Source: Macrostomum lignano (Eukaryota). Taken from it: a stretch of DNA of 64,000 bases. The translations under genes and the position numbers were made by a program. Positions 55,901 to 64,000 of this stretch are shown in pieces. The notes beneath the pieces are model-generated. The model saw only the letters and a list, made by a program, of their open reading frames with translations. It had not been told where the DNA came from and did not search any database. The stretch is taken from positions 246,639-310,638 of the forward strand of contig NIVC01001338.1 in assembly GCA_002269645.1 (NCBI GenBank). Direction: 5' to 3'. Positions within the stretch are counted from its first letter, which is position 1. The number at the start of each line of letters is the position of its first letter.

Positions 55901-56141
55901 ACAGCGAACTGACAAGTTCTTCGTTATTTTCCTACCGTCAGGCAACACCGAATCTGTCTCTATCGATCGCCTCAAGCCGGCGCGACTTTCGCTTCCGAAG
56001 TCGGCTGTTCAGCCGGCCGCGAACTCGCTGCCGGAAAAAGCCGCCAAACCAAAGGAACCGGTGGACTCATCACCTCCTAGAGCGACCTCTAGCGGCCGCC
56101 GAGTCCAATTCCGACGCCATAATGATTACATTTATTATTAA
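52930..56141 (+). CDS. pol: Gypsy Pol (protease, RT, RNase H, integrase), probably expressed by -1 frameshift from gag
   Basis: LVDTGA protease, YIDD RT, LYTDAS RNase H, HHCC-type zinc motif, and HIDIVGP...TDRG...NGKVER integrase core; no stops. Confidence 0.97.
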
Positions 56142-56321
56142 CCTTGTAATGTATAACGTCTACTGACTGCTGTTCCAATGTTCTCAATATTTCTCAATGT
56201 TCAACCCTTCATATAAAATTTAGCTCGTATTTCAACTGTATAACCGCTTCGTTTCAATAATTTAAGCCATTCCACCATTTTATAATTCAGTTACAGTCTC
56301 TTTTCCCCGTGCTCCGCAATT

Positions 56322-56332
56322 GGAGGGGGGAG
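56322..56332 (+). promoter_or_regulatory. Polypurine tract GGAGGGGGGAG
   Basis: Lies immediately before the 3' LTR. Confidence 0.85.
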
Positions 56333-56335
56333 TCG

Positions 56336-56509
56336 TATGGGTATTTTGTTGTACTTTTTATTTGCAACTCAGTTTGTCATAAATTACCATAGACTAATTT
56401 CCTTTTACAGTTCTTTCTCGCAGTTAAGTTTCTCGCCCCAAGCCCTCTCGTCTTTAACTCATAAAATATATTGCAATTCGAATCTAAGTCAAGTTGTAGT
56501 TTCACTACA
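56336..56509 (+). repeat. 3' LTR
   Basis: Direct repeat of 51794-51967. Confidence 0.93.
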
Positions 56510-56654
56510 AAAGAGTTAGACTTAAATGACCAGTAATTGAATAAAAAAACAAAAAAGTTTGGAACATAAGATAAAGTTGATCACATGCCTCAATAAATTT
56601 CTTTCTAGTACATTGCGTATTTTCCGACTGTGTGCTAGACTATTCAAGGAATCG

Positions 56655-56676
56655 ATGAATCTCATTTATTTATATG
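56655..56676 (+). CDS. GLB1: Beta-galactosidase exon 1 (22-nt coding start, MNLIYLY)
   Basis: ATG, then a perfect G|GTAAGT donor; the phase-1 join restores a continuous signal peptide. The GTG start in the ORF track is intronic. Confidence 0.75.
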
Positions 56677-56769
56677 GTAAGTTTGTATTTTTTCTATTGT
56701 AATTACCGATGTACTGTACATAAGAGCTATATATAATAAAATCAATCAAAGTGAATTTATATTTTTCAG

Positions 56770-57495
56770 CAGTCCTACTGACCTGCGCTTGCTTGGCGTC
56801 CTTCAGTTTGGCGGTTCAACTTGATTCCAACTCGCAAAGAAGCTTCACAATTGACTACGACAACGATACGTTTCTAAAGGATGGCCAACCATTCCAGTAC
56901 ATATCCGGCAGCATTCATTACTTCCGCCTGCTTCCTGCCGACTGGGACGATCGGCTGGCCAAAATGCGAGCCGCCGGCCTGAACGCCGTGCAGATCTACG
57001 TGCCCTGGAATTTCCATGTGCCCAGGCCTGGCCAGCACCGGTTCACCGGTTCGGCCGACCTCGACCTGTTCCTGGCGCTGGCGCAGAAGCACGACCTCTT
57101 GGTCATTGTGCGCGCCGGTCCGTACATCTGCGCCGAGTGGGACTTCGGCGGCCTGCCAGCCTGGCTGCTGCAGCGCAACGCCTCCATGGTGATGCGCAGC
57201 AGTGACCCGCAGTTCCTGGCCGCAGTCGACGAATGGATGGCCGTCCTGCTGCCCATCATCGCCAGGCGTCTGTACTCCAGCGGCGGCAACGTGATCATGG
57301 TGCAGCTGGAGAATGAGTACGGTAGCACTGGTCAGTGCGACCTGGCCTACATCCGGCATCTGTACCAGCTGGGCAGGCGTTACCTAGGCAACCAGACGGT
57401 GCTGTTCAGTACAGACGGACAGTCTGCCGGCTTTCTGAAGTGCGTCGCGAAAGAAAGACTGTTCTACGCTACTGTGGACTTTGGACCGGAAGGCA
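56770..57495 (+). CDS. GLB1: GH35 beta-galactosidase exon 2
   Basis: [45 protein letters not shown] (acid/base Glu); A|GTGAGT donor at 57496. Confidence 0.93.
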
Positions 57496-57534
57496 GTGAG
57501 TTGTTTTTCTCTACGAGTGTGTTAAGTGCTTGTG

Positions 57535-57938
<404 letters not shown>

Positions 57939-58003
57939 TTGTGTCAAAACAAGTGCGCGACGTCAAAACCATCATTAAAAAGCAATTAACAACAAATTCT
58001 CAG

Positions 58004-58304
58004 CCAAATCGCTGAACGACACGTTCGCCCCGTTGCGAGCCGTCCAGCCCAAGGGCCCGCTGGTTAACTCCGAATACTACGCTGGCTGGCTGGACAACTG
58101 GTCCGGTCAGCACGCACAAGTTGACGCCAAGGCGGTCTCTGACGGCCTCGCTCGGATGCTGGCGTACGGAGTCAGCGTCAACATCTACATGTTCTTCGGG
58201 GGCACGAATTTTGGCTATTGGAACGGCGCCAACTCGCCGCCGCTGGCGCCGCAGCCAACATCGTACGATTATGACGCGCCTCTGGCCGAGAATGGCGACA
58301 CCCG
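58004..58304 (+). CDS. GLB1: GH35 beta-galactosidase exon 3
   Basis: PKGPLVNSEYYAGWLDNW (nucleophile Glu), NIYMFFGGTNFG, TSYDYDAPL; CG|GTGAGA donor. Confidence 0.93.
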
Positions 58305-58335
58305 GTGAGAGCGCAGCTTGGGGCTTGACTCTGCC

Positions 58336-59150
58336 TGTTTTAAGTTTATTGGGACCTTCACGATAGTCAAGGGTAACCATCCCCTGGGCACCCTGGTGCT
58401 ACGCATTCCGCTGATGAAGTACTTATGGTTGTCTCGGGGTTGTCTTTGGAAGGGTCTCAGTCAGACCAAAGCAGAGAACTCAATGTACGCAGACGGGCGG
58501 TCGGTACAGTCACTCAGACTCGGAAACTCGGAAACTTAGAATTCGAGAAACTCAAGACTCCTTGACGGAAACAAGGCGGAGAGGGGTCCTATTTATGGCC
58601 GGGATTCTCCGGCGCACAAGACCTCGTGACTCGTTCTATTTTTAGAACTGACGTCACTTGAGGTCTGCGGGAAGAGTGCGCCCGGAAGTGACTCAGCGTC
58701 TATTTTTAGAACTGACATCACTTTCCGCCTTAGAGAAGGCGGGGTCTACGGGCAAAGTGCAAGGGGCCGCACGACTCAGTATCTATTTTTAGAAACATGA
58801 GTCATCCTTTACCTTAGGGAAGGCAAGGGCCCCGAGGCACGTGATTCTCCCATAAACAGGACTAGCGAGTGCAGTAAACATGTTTACTGCACTTTAGGAC
58901 TCCAAGAACGCAAGATGGTCACATGACAGAGGAAACCGGGACGGGAACGAAACAGACAGCCCACAGCAGAGAGGCTGAGGGCTGAAAACAGAGGCACAAG
59001 AAACGAACAGGGTAGGAAAAGGGGCAACAACAGACAGAAAAGGGAGGCGGGAAGCTGACCAGCGGCAGACAGCAACCCAGGGCGAGGACGCAGGCGAGGG
59101 AAACTGCTGACAAAAGGGGACGCCTAACGCTAAACTAGCGGCTCACTACA
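58336..59150. mobile_element. Probable solo LTR in GLB1 intron 3; boundaries and orientation uncertain
   Basis: GC-rich insert ending in CACTACA with three enhancer-like direct repeats; TATA-like CCATAAATAGG and AATAAA on the minus strand. An alternative left edge at 58426 would give a CTTA TSD. Confidence 0.45.
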
Positions 59151-59351
59151 CTTACCATAGCGGGGGCGCCATCCTAGAATCCACTCCTGACTCACCCTGC
59201 CATCTAGCCAGTGAAACAACACAGTTTGCATTTTTAAATAGGACAGACGGTAGAATGACACAGGATGTGCGGTGTGTCCTGACATTTCTCATAGCGTTAG
59301 CACTCCCGAACGCGCTCGACGGGGGCTGATTCGTACACGAAGAGGCAACAA

Positions 59352-59613
59352 CAGGGGCGTCGCCACCTGGGGGGGGGGGCTGGCAGGGGGACATATCTCC
59401 TCAGTAAAAGCTATGGGGGGACAAACTGCTGCTTATGTGACCCGTTACGGAAATCAGTAATTTTGTTTCAGGGGCTAAAATATAGTGCATGTGGCGCTAA
59501 AATGAGCGCTAACAACATCGATGCTCAAAATGATGTACATGTAGGAATTTATTCATATACATGTACAATTCTTGCCTTTGTCCCCCACCATAAAATCCAT
59601 GGCGACGCCCCTG
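59352..59613. mobile_element. hAT-like MITE (262 bp) in GLB1 intron 3
   Basis: Perfect 14-bp TIR CAGGGGCGTCGCCA / TGGCGACGCCCCTG; flanks GCAACAA / CCAACAA (imperfect, 7 bp rather than the usual 8). Confidence 0.75.
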
Positions 59614-59818
59614 CCAACAAGCCAGGTGCAGACTGTACATTCAGTACATGCCAGACGGACGCAAAGAAGGGCTTATAAGTTTTTCAGATAGTTATTAGAT
59701 AACAAATCAACCGAATCTGCACTTTTGAGGTTGAAAAAGAGGTTGTACCCGTGAGTGCGTGTGCCCATCCATGTGCGCGCTCAGGTACTAGATGTAAGCA
59801 ACCGCCTTTCCCTCACAG

Positions 59819-60296
59819 GTACAAGTACCAGCTCATCCGTCAGGTAATCATCAACGCGACGGGTCGTCAACCGCCACCGGTGCCACCGAACTCAACGGTC
59901 TCATCGTTGGGCACCGTCAAGCTGCGCCGTCTCGCCAGCCTCCTGGGAAATCTGGACTCCCTAATTGTGAATCGGGTGGACAGCAAATTCCCGGTTGCCA
60001 TGGAAACTCTAGGCCAGTATCAAGGCTTCGCTCTGTACGGAGCTCAAATCCCCAAAGGCTACGATGCGACTGAGTATTCGCTCCGGCTGGCGAAAGCTCG
60101 CGATTTTGTCTACGCATTCGCTTCGAGTGAGTCCCAGCCATCGCTGGGCCAGTTTCTCGGCTCCATCAGCTATTCGGATTCAGAGGCTGTCTTGAACTTC
60201 ACCGCCAGCAATTCGAGTGGCGTCAGAAACCTCTGGCTGCTCGTTGAGAACTGCGGCCATGTCAACTATGGCGGCGACCTACAGGGCAATGTTAAG
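59819..60296 (+). CDS. GLB1: GH35 beta-galactosidase exon 4
   Basis: YKYQLIRQVII...METLGQYQGFALY...LLVENCGHVNYG; CACAG acceptor and AAG|GTTGGC donor. Confidence 0.88.
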
Positions 60297-60844
60297 GTTG
60301 GCAATATTCAACGATTTTGCCAGAAGTTCGGATTTTTCCCTTAGGCTTAAGTGCTTGTGTATTTAATACAACCCTGTTGCGCCAATCAGCACTGCGCCTC
60401 AGTGCAGCCTTGCCAAACCTTCATAGTTCATGTGTCTGCATCAGGTCTGACTTCCTTGGTTTCGCTGATCAAGCCTCAACTGCTGGACATCTTCTGCTGG
60501 TATCTCTAGCATTCCTTCATCACCCCAAGAATGTTTAGTAGGGCTTAGATCAACAAAAAAATAGTGGTGTAAGTAAATTCAAGAAGTTTTGACGTGTCAG
60601 CGCTGTTTCAACAAGCATTTAAATAATAGTACATGTACTAAAATTAATAATAGTAATAGTCAGTAACTTTTATAAGTAAGTCAGAAGCCTTCAAACACCG
60701 CATGTCAGATCTTCTGTAGAGTTACAGGCATACAGTATTCTGTTGCTTGTTCTTTCCTGTGGTTTTTTATGTACAACTCGTTATCTATCTGTGCATTAGA
60801 ATGTGTCATTCAATACAATTCCATGAACCTGAAACTGCGCACAG

Positions 60845-60948
60845 GGCATTCTCGGCTCGGTGACGCTGAACGGTGCACCGCTGTACGGCTGGCGCAGCTA
60901 CGCTTTGGACTTTGACCGCTTGGCCGCCAGGCCGCTGCGCTCGCGCCG
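60845..60948 (+). CDS. GLB1: GH35 beta-galactosidase exon 5
   Basis: GILGSVTLNGAPLYGWRSYALD; phases are consistent with both neighbours. Confidence 0.82.
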
Positions 60949-61130
60949 GTCAGTGTTTAACTTTGGTCCCGTGCAACACATTTTGCTTAGCTGGCTTCAG
61001 TGCAAGTTTATCTAGCATATAGTTTTAAAACTTAATTAGATTTCGTTAGATAGTTTGTTGCTGACCTCTGATTATATGGTTGACGATGATCCTATGATCC
61101 CACGACTGTTGATTGCTTTGGCAGGTAAAA

Positions 61131-61633
61131 CAGCCTCCCAGATCCCCTCAGTTGTTGGGCCAGCCTCCCAGATCCTCTCAGTTGCTGGGCCAGCCTCCCA
61201 GATCCCCTCAGTTGCTGGGCCAGTCTCCCAGAGTGTCGGTTGCTGGGCCAGCCTCCCAGAGTGTCAGTTATTGGGCCAGCCTCCCAGATCCTCTCAGTTG
61301 CTGGGCCAGCCTCCCAGATCCCCTCAGTTGCTGGGCCAGTCTCCCAGAGTGTCGGTTGCTGGGCCAGCCTCCCAGAGTGTCAGTTGTTGGGCCAGCCTCC
61401 CAGATCCTCAGTTGCTGGGCCAGCCTCCCAGATCCTCTCAGTTGCTGGGCCAGCCTCCCAGATCCCCTCAGTTGCTGGGCCAGCCTCCCAGATCCCCTCA
61501 GTTGCTGGGCCAGCTTCCCAGAGTGTCAGTTGCTGAGCCAGCTTCCCAGAGTGTCAGTTGCTGGGCCAGCTTCCCAGAGTGTCAGTTGCTGGGCCAGTCT
61601 CCCAGAGTGTCAGTTGCTGGGCCAGCCTCCCAG
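61131..61633. repeat. ~29-32-bp minisatellite CCAG(ATCC/AGTG)TCAGTTGCTGGGCCAGCCTC in the last GLB1 intron
   Basis: About 17 tandem copies; same family as 37967-38445. Confidence 0.95.
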
Positions 61634-61675
61634 CTTACCAAACATTCCTCTACCGATCTGTTCCCCGCTATTTAG

Positions 61676-62114
61676 ATTAGCAGCCTCAGCAGAGGCTCAC
61701 AAAGGGCAGGACGCGGCGCAGGCGGCCCAGGCCAGCCTGTACATGGGCGAGTTCACACTGGACAAGAACAACCTGACCGACACGTACGCCAACTTGTCAA
61801 CATTTTGTAAAGGCCAACTGTGGATCAACGGCTTCAATTTGGGCCGCTACTGGCCCTGCGCCGGTCCCCAGGTGACCTTGTACGTACCCGGAGCGGTGCT
61901 GAGAGAAGGCAGCAACTCTATTGCAGTGCTGGAACTGCTCCAAGCGCCCTGTTTGAATGACAGCTCCTGTCGAGTTGACTTTCTTGCCATGCCGGACATT
62001 GGTTTGAGCAGACCTGCTGGCGAGTCCGTTGGCCGACTCGAATATGACCGAGAGTCGCTGCAGGTCCTGGCAACCGCCGAGGAGCTGCCCCAGCTCGATG
62101 ACGGTCGCATGTGA
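61676..62114 (+). CDS. GLB1: GH35 beta-galactosidase last exon
   Basis: KGQLWINGFNLGRYWPCAGPQVTLYVP. The six exons total 2070 nt = 689 aa plus stop. Confidence 0.9.
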
Positions 62115-62181
62115 ATGAAAACTGCATGTAACTTTAAGTACTGGATTCTGTTGCATTGCATATCATTGCATGATTCTCCCT

Positions 62182-63220
62182 GAGGAGCAGAGGGGCGGAA
62201 AGGGGAAGAAAAAAGGGGCGGAGGGAGAGAGAGAGCAGGGCGGAGAGTGGATGGAGAGAGAAGGGCAGAGCGTGGAGGGAGAGAGAGGGGCGGAGAGAGG
62301 AGGGAGAGAGAGGGGCGGAGAGTGGAGGGGGAGAGAGGGGTGGAGAGTGGAGGGGGAGAGAGGGGCGGAGAGTGGAGGGAGAGAGAGGGGCGGAGAGTGG
62401 AGGGAGAGAGAGAGCGGGGCGGAGAGTGGAGGGAGAGAGAGGGGTGGAGAGTGGAGGGAGAGAGAGGGGCGGAGAGTGGATGGAGAGAGAAGGGCAGAGC
62501 GTGGAGGGAGAGAGAGGGGCGGAGAGTGGAGGAGAGAGAGGGGCGGAGAGTTGGGGGAGAGAGGGGCGGAGAGTGGAGGGAGAGAGAGGGGCGGAGAGTG
62601 GAGGGAGAGAGAGAGCGGGGCGGAGAGTGGAGGGAGAGAGAGGGTGGAGAGTGGAGGGGGAGAGAGGGGCGGAGAGTGGAGGGGAGAGAGGGGCGGAGAG
62701 TGGAGGGGGAGAGAGGGGCGGAGAGTGGAGGGAGAGAGAGAGGGGCGGAGAGTGGAGGGAGAGAGAGGGGTGGAGAGTGGAGGGAGAGAGAGCGGAGAGT
62801 GGAGGGGAGAGAGAGGGCGGAGAGTGGAGGGGAGAGAGGGGCGGAGAGTGGAGGGAGAGAGAGGGCGGAGAGTGGAGGGGAGAGAGGGCGGAGAGTGGAG
62901 GGAGAGAGAGAGGGGGCGAGAGTGGAGGGAGAGAAGGGCGGAGAGTGGAGGGAGAGAGAGGGGCGGAGAGTGGAGGGAGAGAGAGGGCGGAGAGTGGAGG
63001 GGAGAGAGGGGCGGAGAGTGGAGGGAGAGAGAGGGCGGAGAGTGGAGGGGAGAGAGAGGGGCGGAGAGTGGAGGAGAGAGAGAGGCGGAGAGTGGAGGGA
63101 GAGAGAGGCGGAGAGTGGAGGGAGAGAGAGGGGCGGAGAGTGGAGGGAGAGAGAGGGGCGGAGAGTGGAGGGGGAGAGAGGGGCGGAGAGTGGAGGGAGA
63201 GAGAGAGGCGGAGAGTGAAG
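62182..63220. repeat. Purine-rich ~25-bp minisatellite GGGGCGGAGAGTGGAGGG(AG)n
   Basis: About 40 copies; it generates the long low-complexity ORFs on both strands. Confidence 0.95.
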
Positions 63221-63264
63221 GTAAAGAAGCAATTTTTGTTAGAAAAAGCGCACAAAATGAATGA

Positions 63265-63533
63265 GGGGTTGTAGCCGAGTGGTCAGAGCGTCGGACTCAC
63301 GACTGAAAGGACGGGGGTTCGATTCTCGACCCCATTGGAGCACTTTTTGTCCATGAGCAAGGCACTCAACTCTGCATTGCTTCAGTTCACCCAGCTGTAA
63401 AATGGGTGCCAGCATTAGCTGGGGTAATTGAGGGTGTGGCGACCCCCAGTCCTTGGGCTGAACAGCCGTACGCAGCCTTCAGATGCGCCGCGCAATAGCT
63501 GCGGCTGAGCTGTCGGTTGCACATCTGGCCCAA
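63265..63533 (+). mobile_element. tRNA-headed CORE-SINE
   Basis: A box TAGCCGAGTGG, B box GGTTCGATTC, core TGAGCAAGGCACTCAAC...CAGCTGTAAAATGGG, and 3' body shared with the 47.8-kb copy. Confidence 0.85.
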
Positions 63534-64000
63534 TTGGGGCAGGTGTAACAAAAACCTTGCATGCCGTGTGTCAATCAATAATCGAAATTAAAATTTAGTG
63601 CCAATAATTTCATTCGGCAAAGAGCCTGCTCATGTTTTTGAGAATACTTCGCAACTCGATTCATACATGTATTTGTTTTATTTTTTGATTGTTTTTTTGT
63701 CAGAAATTGCGAGAAAATCCGAAGTTAATTTTCTCCGGCACTCTTGAAGGTCAAATGCTCTGGAAACTTCTTTGATTCGACTTCTGCATTAGTTTCTATT
63801 GAAAAAAATATTTGAATCACAATACACGTCTGTCGTAGCAGTGTACAGTAATAATAATAATATTTATAATAATATTAATACAATAGACAATAACTTTATT
63901 TCATTGCGCTGTCGAGTTCGCCAAAGACTACTAATAGTAAGAGAAAGCAAAACTGCATGTTTTCATGTTTCAAGAGGCAGAGGGAAATGCAGAGCAGAGG

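Larger units (their letters stand above)
51794..56509 (+). mobile_element. Intact Ty3/gypsy LTR retrotransposon (CsRn1/Kabuki-like by gag and pol motifs), 4.7 kb
   Basis: Two 174-bp LTRs with no difference seen, PBS, PPT, uninterrupted gag and pol (PR-RT-RH-IN order), AAAG on both flanks. Confidence 0.97.

Noticed and set aside
56751-56769. GTG start of the beta-galactosidase ORF in the track
   Set aside because: It lies in intron 1; the ATG at 56655 with a GTAAGT donor gives a better gene model.
58409-58540. CTGATGA as a hammerhead ribozyme core
   Set aside because: No stem II followed by GAAA at a suitable distance, and no stems I/III found.
61847-63274. 300-460-aa Pro/Leu/Ser- or Glu/Arg/Gly-rich ORFs
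   Set aside because: Open only because the purine minisatellite lacks stop codons.
63265-63345. tRNA gene
   Set aside because: No complete cloverleaf; it runs straight into a CORE-SINE body and has a diverged second copy at 47.8-48.1 kb.

Overview
Animal (invertebrate-like) genomic window; the species cannot be determined from the sequence. About 43% is one 27.5-kb satellite array (22/23-bp monomer, 1068-28530) that begins ~185 bp after a splice donor of a minus-strand USP8 gene, so it probably fills a giant intron. The remainder holds an intact 3-exon Rac1-like GTPase, a 6-exon GH35 beta-galactosidase (GLB1-like, 689 aa by my splicing), a disabled tandem-CUB gene and a candidate small mucin-like membrane protein gene. 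Mobile DNA is dense: an intact Ty3/gypsy element with identical LTRs 145 bp upstream of the GLB1 ATG, a 4.8-kb element with 524-bp TIRs and an 8-bp TSD, three P-like MITEs (one with a flipped centre), two hAT-like non-autonomous elements, mariner/Tc1 remnants, two CORE-SINEs, a probable solo LTR, and many mini/microsatellites. Most short ORFs in the supplied track are repeat or antisense artefacts. All alignments, exon boundaries and family calls were made by eye, without database searches.
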